Assembly: GCA_038215155.1 (NCBI GenBank)
Contig: JBBQRF010000001.1
Span: 142,205 to 206,204, forward strand
Reading direction: 5' to 3'
Origin: Minisyncoccia bacterium
Lineage (GTDB): Bacteria > Patescibacteriota > Minisyncoccia > Phycocordibacterales > CAJBRS01
Length of the DNA: 64,000 bases
This document shows positions 43,906 to 55,959 of this stretch, piece after piece. The position numbers and the translations under genes are program-made. Within the stretch, counting starts at the first letter, position 1. The number at the start of each line of letters is the position of its first letter. Below the pieces are notes generated by a model. The model made no database searches, was not told the origin of the DNA, and saw nothing but the letters and a program-made list of their open reading frames with translations.

Positions 43906-46308
43906 TTAAAGTTGCTTCGTCTTAATTCGCAGCGAGTTCGACACCACTGATACGCTCGAAAAGGCCATGGCCAAGCCTGCAAATACTGGATTGAGAAGCC
44001 AGCCAAAAATCGGATAAAACACTCCGGCGGCAAGAGGGATACCTACGATGTTATAGATAAATGCCCAAAATAGATTTTGTTTGATGCCCCGCATGGTCAT
44101 CTTTGAAAGTTTGATTGCCTTCACCAGTTTTGAGATGTCCCCACCGAGAAGAGTAATGCCGGCCGACTCTATCGCCACATCGGTTCCAGTCCCCATGGCA
44201 ATACCCACATCAGCTTGAGCAAGTGCTGGTGCATCATTTACTCCATCCCCTGCCATTGCCACAATTCGTCCCTGCGATTGCAGCTCTCTTATTTTTGCCA
44301 GTTTATCTTGTGGCAAAACATGAGCAATCACATCGTCAATGCCGACAAGAGACCCTATATACTTTGCTGCCTTTTCATCGTCTCCGGTAAGCATAACCAC
44401 TTTAATTCCGAGGGCGTGAAGATTCTTCACCGCCTCGACTGATTCTGTTTTTATCTCATCAGCCACCATGACAAAGCCGAGCACTTTTCCCTCGTCTGCT
44501 TCCGAACCAACGTGAGGGTGGGCAGGTTTCGTTGCGAGAATAACTGGAGTCTTGCCCTGCGAAGTGAATTCATCTAATTTTGTGGGATCAAAGGAAATCT
44601 TGAGGTCGGTAAGCATTTTTGTATTGCCGACAAAATATTCAATGCCATTAACCGATCCTTTAAGTCCCTTGCCTTGAATACTTTCGAAATTCAGAACATC
44701 ATACAAGGAAATATTTTTCTCTTCCTCCCTTACAGGATCTTGAATGTAGTTTATGATTGCGTTTGCAATTGGATGTTCAGACTTCTTTTCAAGAGATGCG
44801 ATTATCGAGATCAGTTCTTCATCCCTTTGATTGGAAAGGTTGACGATATCTACGAGCGTTGGTTTGCCGATAGTGATCGTCCCTGTCTTATCAACCACTA
44901 CCGTATTTACCTTATGAAGCTTCTCGAGAGTTGCAGCGTCTTTAATCAATATTCCTTCTTTTGCTCCCTTGCCAACACCGATGATGATAGCGGTTGGGGT
45001 TGCTAGTCCGAGAGCACAAGGACAAGCAATGACAAGTACTCCGACAAATGAAACAAGGCCGTATGAGAGTGCTTGTGAGAAGCCGAGTGCTTCGGTACCA
45101 AAGAAAAGCCATACTCCCAGTGCAAGGAAGGCGATGGCGAGGACGATAGGTACGAATACGGATGAAATCTTATCTGCCAGAGCTTGAATGGGCGCTTTAC
45201 TACCTTGGGCTTCTTCTACCATTTTTATGATTTGGGCGAGCAACGTTTCAGACCCGACTTTTGTGGCTTTAAAAGTAAATGACCCATTTGTGTTCATCGT
45301 ACCGGCCACAACAGAATCGCTAATTTTCTTTTGGACGGGCATTGGCTCGCCAGTGACCATTGATTCGTCCACGAACGATGATCCTTCGCTTATCACCCCG
45401 TCGACAGGAATCTTTGCCCCAGGTTTTACGATGATCAAATCCCCATGCTTCACCTCAACAATTTCAATCTCTACTTCTTTTCCATCACGAATGACGAGCG
45501 CAGTTTTTGCCTGAAGATTGAGAAGCTTTTCGATGGCGTCTCCTGTCTTTATTTTCGATCGAGCTTCCAGATATTTGCCGAGAGCGATAAAGGTGATGAC
45601 CACGATCGTAACGTCGTAGTAAGTGTGATTAACATTTATGTATGGGCGAAGTGCTTCTTCAAAAGCCATGACCACGAAGCTGTATGCATAGGCTGCAACA
45701 GTTCCGATACCGATGAGCGTGTCCATATTTGCTTTGCCATAACGCAGAAATCGATAGAAACCGAGAAGGTAGGGCTTTCCTACTACAAAGAGCGTATAGG
45801 TCGCCATCAAAGGTAGAAGGTGATGAAAGAATTCACTCACCGTATAGCTCATTGCGGGCACTGCTTTGTATTGAGCTAAAATATCCCAGCCCATGACAAA
45901 AATACTAATGATGGCAAGTGGAATAGCTGATATGACTTTAGTCCGCATATCTTTTACCTCTGCGAGCTTTCCATCTTTTGACTGATTGAGGCCGAGGTGG
46001 GCGGCATGTTCGTCGGGAGACATACCCATTTCTTTGGCTGATTGAGTGTGATTAGTATGAGGATTGCTTTCTGATAGAACGAGAGAATATCCTAATGGTT
46101 CTATTTTTTTTGAAAGCGCCTGAGCATTTGTCTTTGACTCATCGAAGCTTACCTTTGCTTTTTCTGTCCCATAGTTCACCTCTACAGACTGAACACCTTC
46201 CATTTTCTTGAAAGTCTTTTCAATAATCGAAGAACACGAGGCACAATGCATTCCTTTTACTTTGTATACTTTTGTATTCATATGATTTAGCAAAATCATG
46301 CTGGGCAT
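43906..46308 (-). CDS. copA: copper-translocating P1B-type ATPase
   Basis: [41 protein letters not shown]. Confidence 0.95.
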   Translation of the reverse strand: MPSMILLNHMNTKVYKVKGMHCASCSSIIEKTFKKMEGVQSVEVNYGTEKAKVSFDESKTNAQALSKKIEPLGYSLVLSESNPHTNHTQSAKEMGMSPDEHAAHLGLNQSKDGKLAEVKDMRTKVISAIPLAIISIFVMGWDILAQYKAVPAMSYTVSEFFHHLLPLMATYTLFVVGKPYLLGFYRFLRYGKANMDTLIGIGTVAAYAYSFVVMAFEEALRPYINVNHTYYDVTIVVITFIALGKYLEARSKIKTGDAIEKLLNLQAKTALVIRDGKEVEIEIVEVKHGDLIIVKPGAKIPVDGVISEGSSFVDESMVTGEPMPVQKKISDSVVAGTMNTNGSFTFKATKVGSETLLAQIIKMVEEAQGSKAPIQALADKISSVFVPIVLAIAFLALGVWLFFGTEALGFSQALSYGLVSFVGVLVIACPCALGLATPTAIIIGVGKGAKEGILIKDAATLEKLHKVNTVVVDKTGTITIGKPTLVDIVNLSNQRDEELISIIASLEKKSEHPIANAIINYIQDPVREEEKNISLYDVLNFESIQGKGLKGSVNGIEYFVGNTKMLTDLKISFDPTKLDEFTSQGKTPVILATKPAHPHVGSEADEGKVLGFVMVADEIKTESVEAVKNLHALGIKVVMLTGDDEKAAKYIGSLVGIDDVIAHVLPQDKLAKIRELQSQGRIVAMAGDGVNDAPALAQADVGIAMGTGTDVAIESAGITLLGGDISKLVKAIKLSKMTMRGIKQNLFWAFIYNIVGIPLAAGVFYPIFGWLLNPVFAGLAMAFSSVSVVSNSLRIKTKQL

Positions 46309-46583
46309 TATTTTCTCTTAAGCTTATAGACTTTTAGGATCTCCTTTTTTGCTTTGTTTGATTGACCTGTTTTTAATTGATTAAGAATGCAGCCACTCAA
46401 ATGATTTTCGAGTAATAAATCTTCCACGTTGGATAGTCCCTGCTTGACTGCAGATGTTTGAGTAATCACATCAATGCAGTATGTGTCGCTTTCAATCATT
46501 TTCTGTAATCCCCTTATCTGACCTTCTATCAGTTTAAGTCGACGGATGATTCGACTCTTATTTTTGTCTCCTATATATTTCAT
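46308..46583 (-). CDS. csoR: CsoR-family copper-sensing repressor
   Basis: [16 protein letters not shown]...HLSGC (C-H-C ligands). Confidence 0.9.
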   Translation of the reverse strand: MKYIGDKNKSRIIRRLKLIEGQIRGLQKMIESDTYCIDVITQTSAVKQGLSNVEDLLLENHLSGCILNQLKTGQSNKAKKEILKVYKLKRK

Positions 46584-46594
46584 TTGCTGCCATC

Positions 46595-46612
46595 ATACCC
46601 CCTAGGGGGTAT
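46595..46612. promoter_or_regulatory. probable CsoR operator
   Basis: perfect palindrome ATACCCCCTAGGGGGTAT 11 bp upstream of csoR, matching TAC-C/G-tract-GTA operators. Confidence 0.8.
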
Positions 46613-46656
46613 AATGATCAATAGGAAAAAATAATAATAGATTGCGACATATTTTG

Positions 46657-46700
46657 GAGTCTCATGGCTCCTTACCATAGAGTTAAAAAACTTCACATTG
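46657..46700. repeat. two-module repeat (left copy)
   Basis: 19-bp and 24-bp modules recur inverted at 47290-47308 and 47319-47342. Confidence 0.85.
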
Positions 46701-46807
46701 TCATGATTTCGCGCCTAAAGGCTTGTTGCCATAGAGTTACTAAAGTCAAACGGTCGGAGCCGGCGTGGAGACTAAAAAAGAGCAGCAAAAGCTGCCCTAT
46801 TTTAGTC

Positions 46808-46884
46808 TGGCGCGGCCGACCGGACTTGAACCGGCAACCTCTCGCGTGACAGGCGAGTGCTCTAACCAGTTGAGCTACGGCCGC
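46808..46884 (-). tRNA. tRNA-Asp(GTC)
   Basis: cloverleaf, CTGTCAC loop, encoded CCA. Confidence 0.95.
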
Positions 46885-46908
46885 AATTTCGCATTCTTAA
46901 AATACGAG

Positions 46909-46981
46909 TGTCGGAGGTGGGGATCGAACCCACGACCCCGGGCTTATGAGTCCCGTGCTCTACCGACTGAGCTACCCCGAC
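46909..46981 (-). tRNA. tRNA with CAT anticodon (elongator Met or Ile2)
   Basis: GTCGGGG/CTCCGAC acceptor with paired 1:72, CTCATAA loop. Confidence 0.88.
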
Positions 46982-47066
46982 ATTTGGTTGGTTAAATATA
47001 TAGGAAATTGCTAATAAAATAAAGATACGTTATATTGGGTAATCTAATCAAAGAGTCACTATTTAA

Positions 47067-47122
47067 ATCGGGGGTGGAGTAACAGTAGCTCGCAAGAGAT
47101 CTATAGACTCATAACCTCTGAT
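47067..47122 (+). pseudogene. partial refolded copy of the initiator tRNA
   Basis: 22 nt identical to 47160-47181 and 11 nt identical to 47187-47197. Confidence 0.6.
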
Positions 47123-47156
47123 GGAGTAAGGTAAATATACATACAATTTTAAATAT

Positions 47157-47227
47157 AGCGGGGTGGAGTAACAGTAGCTCGGGAGGCTCATAACCTCCAG
47201 GCCTCGGTGCAAATCCGAGCCCCGCAA
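47157..47227 (+). tRNA. tRNA-Met(CAT), probable initiator
   Basis: unpaired A1:A72, GCGGGG acceptor, GGAGG-CTCATAA-CCTCC arm. Confidence 0.88.
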
Positions 47228-47289
47228 CAAGTTAACGCACATTAGAGTACTAGTGATTTGCACCGAATAATTGGGCAAATAATTCTATT

Positions 47290-47342
47290 GTAAGGAGCCC
47301 TAAGACTCGAAGGTCGGTCAATGTGAAGTTTTTTAACTCTAT
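47290..47342. repeat. two-module repeat (right copy, inverted and permuted)
   Basis: reverse complements of the modules at 46657-46700. Confidence 0.85.
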
Positions 47343-47516
47343 AAATAAAAACGCCCCTACCAATAAGAGGCGTCGATCCAGGCGCTGCGAATGGTTTTTT
47401 TGGTTAAGAGGCGGCGCGAAGCGCCGCCTCTATCTCCTTTCCAACAAACTTTGATCCAGGTAAAAATCTTCATCTGCCACTATTAAACCGCCAACCGCTT
47501 AAAATTCCCCTAAAAA

Positions 47517-48200
47517 TTAAATAAAACGAAATTCCTGGAATACGCTTTCGTAGAGACCAATTATCCGCTTAGCTTCTCGCTGGGAAAGCAGAAAATCAGC
47601 TCCCTCATGAGCAATGGCATTCCGAATTTTATGCGCTTCCCACGCGCTATCTATAGTACTAAAGTCGCTCTGTTCCACACTTTTTAACATATCTCCGATA
47701 CCCTCCCCTCGATATCCCATTGATTCGAGTAAATCACTAAGTAAAATATCGCCCTCTAAAATAGCTAAGCGCCAATCCGATGGATTATCGCTGTTTACGT
47801 GATTGAGCACTCGCTGCCATTTAATATTGCCAGCGGGTAAATCTTCAGCTGTTTTACTTAAATACTGGGCTTTTTCTTTTTTTGCATGACGGGCTTTCTC
47901 TACATATTTCAATCTGAAAAGAGCGTAGATTATGCCCATAAAAAACAAGACTGAACAGAAAATGGCTAGTAATTCTATAGTTGGAAATACACCCCCGAAC
48001 CAATTTGCTAATGTATGCCCAATAATTGAGAAGAATAAACCAATACCCCCTACTCCAGCAGCTCTATCTCCTCCAAAGTGAGCAGAGAAAAAATTTCCTA
48101 AACGATTGAGGATGAAGAAAAAGATGATCACTCCAGCAATTATTTCAAAGGCCGTAATAGCTTTGTCGGAACCGGCATCTTTTTTCTTATCTTCAGCCAT
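47517..48200 (-). CDS. membrane protein of unknown function
   Basis: TMs then WRLAILEGDILL...AWEAHKIRNAIAHE (HEPN-like RxxxxH). Confidence 0.75.
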   Translation of the reverse strand: MAEDKKKDAGSDKAITAFEIIAGVIIFFFILNRLGNFFSAHFGGDRAAGVGGIGLFFSIIGHTLANWFGGVFPTIELLAIFCSVLFFMGIIYALFRLKYVEKARHAKKEKAQYLSKTAEDLPAGNIKWQRVLNHVNSDNPSDWRLAILEGDILLSDLLESMGYRGEGIGDMLKSVEQSDFSTIDSAWEAHKIRNAIAHEGADFLLSQREAKRIIGLYESVFQEFRFI

Positions 48201-49605
48201 GATAATTTTCGAGTTGTTTACCTATCTCAAAAAGCCTCTCGTCGGCGAGAAAGGGCGCGGTGAATTGAATACCAAGTGGTAATCTCTTACCACTCACTTC
48301 AGTGAAGCCTGATGGAACGGAGATGGAAGGCATGCCCGTAATGTTGGCGGGGACTGTAAAAATATCTGATAAATACATTGATACAGGATCTGTAGTTTTT
48401 TCCCCTATTTTAAAGGCGGGTGAAGCAGTGGTTGGAGTTAAGATTAAATCAATATTTTGAAAAGCTTTTTCAAAATCATTGCGAATTAAATTTCGAACAC
48501 CGTTAGCTTTTCCATAGTATGCATCATAATACCCACTTGAGAGTACGTAGGTGCCAAGCATAATGCGACGACGTGATTCTTTTCCAAAACCGTTACCTCT
48601 TGAAAGAAGGTAGTCTTCCAACAAATTACTTCCCTCCTGATGGTAGCCGAACTTAACTCCATCATAGCGAGCTAGGTTTGAAGAAGCTTCGGCAGGCATG
48701 ATGATGTAATAGACGGCAAGAGAATATTTAACATTTGGTAATTCAATTTCTACTATTTCATGGCCTAAACTTTCTAACTTTTTAATTGATTGTTGAAAAT
48801 TACTCATTACCGCTTCGTCTACTCCTTCGGCCAAAAAATGGTATGGTATTCCGATTTTGAATTTTTTCTTTTTGTTTTCTTCTTCTTTTACTTCATCGCT
48901 TAGAGAAGTGCTGTCCTGTGGATCCTTACCTTTAATAAGGTTATAGAAAATTTCCGCATCCTCAACTGTTTTAGTAAAAGGGCCAATTTGATCAAGTGAT
49001 GAGGCTAGAGCCATTAGTCCTGAGCGCGAGACACGACCGTAACTTGGTTTAAAACCTACCACTCCACAAAAGGCCGCCGGTTGACGAATGGAACCGCCAG
49101 TATCAGAACCAAGCGACGCTAAGGCAAGATCCGCGGCGATTGCGGCGGCGGAGCCGCCGCTTGATCCGCCGGGCACTCTTTCGAAATCATGTGGATTTTT
49201 TGTCACACCATAGGCTGAATTTTCTGTTGAAGAACCCATAGCAAATTCATCCATATTAGTACGTCCGAGAATAATTGCTCCAGCCTCTTTTAATTTTTTA
49301 GTAATAAAAGAATCATAAGTAGCAACGTAGTTTTCCAAAATCCTAGAACCTGACGAAGCTTTTTTTCCTTTAATAAGCATATTGTCCTTCAGAGCGACGG
49401 GAATGCCTGACATTGGATGGCTAAACTCTTTAATTAATTCAGCACTCTTAAGAGCGTCGCTAAAAACTTCTAAATATACATTTAGTGCTGAATTTTTCTC
49501 TTCAATATTTTTCAAATAAGCGGCCGTCAATTCTTTAGCAGAAAAATCCCCATTCTTCAGGTGGTCGCTGGCTTTTTTAATTGTTAAGGTCTCTAAATTA
49601 ATCAC
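48193..49605 (-). CDS. gatA: Asp/Glu-tRNA amidotransferase subunit A
   Basis: PGGSSGGSAAA, GSDTGGSIRQPA, RRIMLGTYVLS. Confidence 0.97.
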   Translation of the reverse strand: MINLETLTIKKASDHLKNGDFSAKELTAAYLKNIEEKNSALNVYLEVFSDALKSAELIKEFSHPMSGIPVALKDNMLIKGKKASSGSRILENYVATYDSFITKKLKEAGAIILGRTNMDEFAMGSSTENSAYGVTKNPHDFERVPGGSSGGSAAAIAADLALASLGSDTGGSIRQPAAFCGVVGFKPSYGRVSRSGLMALASSLDQIGPFTKTVEDAEIFYNLIKGKDPQDSTSLSDEVKEEENKKKKFKIGIPYHFLAEGVDEAVMSNFQQSIKKLESLGHEIVEIELPNVKYSLAVYYIIMPAEASSNLARYDGVKFGYHQEGSNLLEDYLLSRGNGFGKESRRRIMLGTYVLSSGYYDAYYGKANGVRNLIRNDFEKAFQNIDLILTPTTASPAFKIGEKTTDPVSMYLSDIFTVPANITGMPSISVPSGFTEVSGKRLPLGIQFTAPFLADERLFEIGKQLENYHG

Positions 49606-49613
49606 TTTATAAA

Positions 49614-49907
49614 TTAAAGAATTTTCTTAACTTTAATATATTGGCCCATCCGACCCGGCGAGCTTTCGAGAAGTGAGTCGGTAAAAATTCCAGACGGATG
49701 AGGTTCAGCGTCCCGGCGAAAGATGTTTCGATTTTGGTGTCTTTCTGATTTTTCGGAAGCCGCCGCCCCTGCTGCGGCGGCGGCTTCTCTGACCTGATCA
49801 ACATAGGCGAGAATTGAATCCATATCTTTGAGGAGGGCGGTTTTCTCCCCTTCCGCAAGATTAATCCGAGAAAGAGAGGCTAGTTTTTCAATATCTTTAA
49901 TTTCCAT
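49614..49907 (-). CDS. gatC: Asp/Glu-tRNA amidotransferase subunit C
   Basis: IEKLASLSRI, ILAYVDQV, YIKVKKIL; upstream of gatA. Confidence 0.88.
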   Translation of the reverse strand: MEIKDIEKLASLSRINLAEGEKTALLKDMDSILAYVDQVREAAAAAGAAASEKSERHQNRNIFRRDAEPHPSGIFTDSLLESSPGRMGQYIKVKKIL

Positions 49908-49922
49908 CCTATTAAGTATATC

Positions 49923-52004
<2,082 letters not shown>

Positions 52005-52538
52005 TTAGTACTGAACCTCAAGCCCTCTTTCTACTCGACGAGGGTTAGCAGCATCGCAGGTATTGTAGCCGCGAGATAAAACATCGGTAAATACATCACT
52101 ACCGGAAATGCTCTTATTAACAATGACGTTGACAATTGGGGTGTTGGGATTATTTGCCGCTACACACTCGGGGGAATCGTAGACTAGATCAAAGATGGTG
52201 TCGTAGGAACCGGGAGCAGCGTTGGTCCGTGTACTTAGTTGAGTAATGTAACTTACCGGGTGCACAAGATTACAAGTTAGGCTACTTTGATTAAGATTCG
52301 TCGCATAGGTAGAGGAAGTGGCAAATCCCTGGCTGTTCTTGTCCCAATACAAGGCACACTCAATTCCCGTATCAGAATTATAGAAAGCAAATTGCGATTC
52401 CTTAGCGGCCGAGGAAAGTAGTACTTGTTGGAGGGTAATGTTTAAAATGGCGATACCCACGGAAAGCAATAGACTAACGATTAATGACGCGAACAAAAGA
52501 GTAAAGCCGGTATTCTTTTTTGAGTATTTTATTGACAT
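52005..52538 (-). CDS. minor pilin, PilX-like (no Glu5)
   Basis: GFTLLFA; AFYNSDTGIECALYWD. Confidence 0.75.
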   Translation of the reverse strand: MSIKYSKKNTGFTLLFASLIVSLLLSVGIAILNITLQQVLLSSAAKESQFAFYNSDTGIECALYWDKNSQGFATSSTYATNLNQSSLTCNLVHPVSYITQLSTRTNAAPGSYDTIFDLVYDSPECVAANNPNTPIVNVIVNKSISGSDVFTDVLSRGYNTCDAANPRRVERGLEVQY

Positions 52539-53464
52539 GGTAAGCCACCGCAAGTTGGATCTGGAGGTGGAGCTGCTGTTACAGTGACAATGACCGTGCT
52601 AGTTGCAGTAGTGCTTGTAGCATTTTGGGCGGCGAACTTATATGTATAGGCACAACCGTAAGCCGCTCCCGTACCAGGCACGGCCAAAGTAGCGTTTCCG
52701 TTCAAACTATTTATAGGGTCAATTGAAGGCGTAGGCCACGCACAAGTAGAAGCCGAGCGGCTAGAATTATGAGTAAATGCGCTTCCTCCAGTTGAAGACC
52801 AGGTCAAAGTAAAACTGCCTCCTTTATCGGGAACGTCACTTGAAGTGGTAAGACTAGCAGTTAAAGGAATACCGCCTGATACACCAGTGGCTAAATTATC
52901 CCAATTAAATAAGTTTTCGGTGATTTGAAACTTTGCAGGTGCTTTTAGGTTGCCTACTGACCAGTAAACAGTCACTGTCACCTTATCTTCATTGCTACTA
53001 ATAGGAGTGACTTCAATCTTTCGATAAAAAGGTGATGCAGGATATGTCCCAATCGGCCCTTGGTGATAAACACTGGTAGAGGGGTCGTATTGAACGGGAA
53101 AGCTATTAATATTGTTAGTAGAATTAAGACTAGTCGTTAGAGCTTTTCCATTAACGAATAAATTCGAGGTATCGATTCCACAAGGGGACGCCGTGGTGCA
53201 CCCCGTTAGTCCTGCATCCCAGGCAACACCACTGGAATTATTCTGATTAATAAAATTAGTGTCGCGCAGATAGCGCATGTATTCAATCCCCTCCTGCGCT
53301 AGGTAAAAGGCCGTTACTTGATTATTGGCATAATAGGCCGAGTTTAAGCTATTAGAGGCAATGACAAGCGGGCCCATAATGGCCAAGATTAAAATAGCAA
53401 TGGCTACTAATGTTTCAATTAGAGTAAAGCCTGATTTCGAATTTGAAATTTTAAATTTAAGCAT
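52529..53464 (-). CDS. minor pilin, PilV-like with C-terminal extension
   Basis: GFTLIETLVA; AFYLAQEGIE. Confidence 0.8.
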   Translation of the reverse strand: MLKFKISNSKSGFTLIETLVAIAILILAIMGPLVIASNSLNSAYYANNQVTAFYLAQEGIEYMRYLRDTNFINQNNSSGVAWDAGLTGCTTASPCGIDTSNLFVNGKALTTSLNSTNNINSFPVQYDPSTSVYHQGPIGTYPASPFYRKIEVTPISSNEDKVTVTVYWSVGNLKAPAKFQITENLFNWDNLATGVSGGIPLTASLTTSSDVPDKGGSFTLTWSSTGGSAFTHNSSRSASTCAWPTPSIDPINSLNGNATLAVPGTGAAYGCAYTYKFAAQNATSTTATSTVIVTVTAAPPPDPTCGGLPCQ

Positions 53465-53467
53465 ATT

Positions 53468-54013
53468 TTAGCTGTCTAAAAGACGCTGAGTGATTAATGT
53501 TTCTACTTGAAAAGTTGATTGAGTCTTTAGTGAAGCACCAGTCTTCCCTTGCAAGACCAGGAAGACCGTCGGCTGTTGGCTGTCGGGCTGACCATTACCT
53601 TTTATAGAGAAGGACATATTAGTAATCTGAACTTCTGGCGCTGTAATTGATGAAGCCGGGCCGCCATTAACGCTTTTCATAATAGAGCCGTTCAAGTAAC
53701 TGTACGTAACTGTTTGATCCAAACTATTCCGAAAACTAATTGATTGGCTGTTAACAGTGGGAGGACAGCCGTAGGTTCCTGTGGCGCAATAATTGCTTCC
53801 TTCGCGAATATCTCGAATCATACTTTCCAAAGCAAAGCTGATGTTAGTCATCACTGAGTTTATGGATTGCGCCTTACGATTAACATCAACGATGCTCAAA
53901 ACTGAAGCAATGGAAATAACCATAACAATGATAAATATGCTAGAGGCAACCATTAATTCAATGAGAGTAAAACCGGCCTGTTTACCTTTTTTATTTTGTC
54001 GGTTTTTTAACAT
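53468..54013 (-). CDS. minor pilin, PilW-like
   Basis: GFTLIELMVA; ALESMIRDIREG. Confidence 0.8.
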   Translation of the reverse strand: MLKNRQNKKGKQAGFTLIELMVASSIFIIVMVISIASVLSIVDVNRKAQSINSVMTNISFALESMIRDIREGSNYCATGTYGCPPTVNSQSISFRNSLDQTVTYSYLNGSIMKSVNGGPASSITAPEVQITNMSFSIKGNGQPDSQQPTVFLVLQGKTGASLKTQSTFQVETLITQRLLDS

Positions 54014-54654
54014 GGCGTAGAAGTTGCTGTAGTTGAAGACGCTGAAACCGCCACTTGGCCCGTTTGATAAACGTTAATGCATTTGTATCTGTCTCCGAGA
54101 GCAGAGATAATTGTAATGCTTGCCTGAGTGTAAGAAGGACTGGTAACGGAGCCTCCGGGATCAAAATGATGGTCAATACTTATATTAGCAGCGGGGTTGG
54201 GGCGGAGAAATAGAATATCGAGAGTGCTGAAAGCTCCAGTTTTTGAACAAGTTTTAACATTGGCATAATCAGTAACACAAAGATTTGATATTGAAGCGCC
54301 GAGCTGAAGATTGAAATTGTTTACCACATTATCAGCTGGTGTCGGCGCGCCATCGTAAAGCTGATCAACGTTATTGTCAGCAACCAAAGCATACGAACTT
54401 GAACTCGCCTTATCAAAATCAATTCCGTAACCAATTTGGTAATTGCTACTCGCTCCTTTAACGCCAAGCCCGTAGACTTGGGCTTGGCGAATAGAGAGGG
54501 CAATTTGATAGGCGAGATTAGTAAGCTGAATGTCGCTAGAAAACTTGTTTTGTCGCGCCAAGACAACAGTAGTAATGATGACAAAAATAGCTAGGACGAC
54601 GAGAAGTTCCACTAAAGTAAACCCTCTCTTATATTTTCGTTTAAAAGAATTCAT
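54007..54654 (-). CDS. minor pilin, FimT/FimU-like
   Basis: GFTLVELLVV; IRQAQ. Confidence 0.8.
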   Translation of the reverse strand: MNSFKRKYKRGFTLVELLVVLAIFVIITTVVLARQNKFSSDIQLTNLAYQIALSIRQAQVYGLGVKGASSNYQIGYGIDFDKASSSSYALVADNNVDQLYDGAPTPADNVVNNFNLQLGASISNLCVTDYANVKTCSKTGAFSTLDILFLRPNPAANISIDHHFDPGGSVTSPSYTQASITIISALGDRYKCINVYQTGQVAVSASSTTATSTPC

Positions 54655-55475
54655 TGAAGAAAGTAGGCTAGCCCCGTCACATCAATTCTGAAAAAATAAA
54701 CTAACAAGATTCCAAGAATTAGGAATGGAGCAAATGGTATTTCAGTCTTCATTGTAACCTTTCTAGATTGAACAATCAAAAGAATGATGCCAATGATGGC
54801 GCCGCTCCAGAAGCCCAATACTATGGCTGAAAGACCACTGATAAAGCCGAGAAACCAACCAATGCCTATAGCCAGTTTTGCATCACCGAAACCCATCCAA
54901 CGACCACCGGAAAAATACCAGAGGAGAAAAAATGGCAGAAAAAAAAGCGGTCCGGCAAAGAGGTCCCATTTTAGATCTGTAGTACCTAGTGAAAGTGGCA
55001 GAAAAAAAGAAAATAATAGTCGTAAGAGACTGAAAATTATAAAAGTGTAGACAATACCATCGGGAATAATTTTGTGTTTCAGATCATAGACAAGAATGAC
55101 AACCAGGAGACTGAAAATAATTAAATCAAAAATAAAAAATATGGAAGGGGAAAATTGGAACAACGGGAAGTTAGCAGAACCAAAATAATGGATAAAGGTG
55201 GCGGCAAATAGAGTACCGGTAAAAAATTCAACGCTCGGATATTGCCAGGAGATTTTTGAACGACATTTTAGACAGCGCCCGCGCAGAAAAAGAAAGCTGA
55301 AAAGAGGCACGAGCTCGGCGAAGCCGAGCTCGTGCGCGCAATGAGGACAAGAAGACCGGCCGAGCGCTACGCCTCGGCCGGTGTTAAATCGCAGGATCAC
55401 TACGTTTAAAAAACTACCAATGATAGTGCCGAGGAAAAAGAAGGTGAGAATTGAGAATAGGGAATAAATAACCAT
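54651..55475 (-). CDS. pilD: prepilin peptidase
   Basis: GSFLNVVI, CPHC/CLKC, YDLKHKIIPD, MGFGDAKL, PFAPFL. Confidence 0.95.
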   Translation of the reverse strand: MVIYSLFSILTFFFLGTIIGSFLNVVILRFNTGRGVALGRSSCPHCAHELGFAELVPLFSFLFLRGRCLKCRSKISWQYPSVEFFTGTLFAATFIHYFGSANFPLFQFSPSIFFIFDLIIFSLLVVILVYDLKHKIIPDGIVYTFIIFSLLRLLFSFFLPLSLGTTDLKWDLFAGPLFFLPFFLLWYFSGGRWMGFGDAKLAIGIGWFLGFISGLSAIVLGFWSGAIIGIILLIVQSRKVTMKTEIPFAPFLILGILLVYFFRIDVTGLAYFLQ

Positions 55476-55888
55476 TACTGATTGGAGACCTTAAAACTGT
55501 TTGCGGGCACATTTGTAGTACATGAGGCACTGCTCCCAAGAGTAGCGCCATTAATTACTTCCAGGGTGACTCCGAGACAATAGGTGTTAGCCGTCGCAGC
55601 GGTATAACCATAGGGATGGCTGGGGCCTAAGGGATCTGCGGGTACAGAGGGTAAATATGTGGGCGCCAACACAGACAAGCAACTTGTATCTGCACAAACT
55701 GGATAAGCAAGATTATTAGTAAAATAATTTTCTAGGGCAAGCTGCAACTGCTTAATATCCCCCGCTCGTTTAGAGTCACGCCCTTTGGCTCGGGCGGTGT
55801 TCAAATTAGCAATAACAATAGAAGTGAGGACGCCGATAATTCCGATGACTACAATAAGTTCGATTAGAGTAAAGCCCTTTTTCTTCAT
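55475..55888 (-). CDS. type IV pilin (GspG-like)
   Basis: GFTLIELIVV, RDSKRAGDIKQLQLALE, PADP. Confidence 0.88.
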   Translation of the reverse strand: MKKKGFTLIELIVVIGIIGVLTSIVIANLNTARAKGRDSKRAGDIKQLQLALENYFTNNLAYPVCADTSCLSVLAPTYLPSVPADPLGPSHPYGYTAATANTYCLGVTLEVINGATLGSSASCTTNVPANSFKVSNQ

Positions 55889-55904
55889 ACATTAAGTATA
55901 TCAA

Positions 55905-55937
55905 AACAAAAATCTCGCGCGAGGCGAGATTTTTGTT
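55905..55937 (-). terminator. intrinsic terminator after the probable major pilin
   Basis: AACAAAAATCTCGC/GCGAGATTTTTGTT stem. Confidence 0.75.
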
Positions 55938-55959
55938 AACTTCAAACTGAACGAAGGAA

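Noticed and set aside
46664-47278. ORFs 46664-46849, 46765-46995 and 47063-47278
   Set aside because: They are translations across tRNA genes and their flanks.
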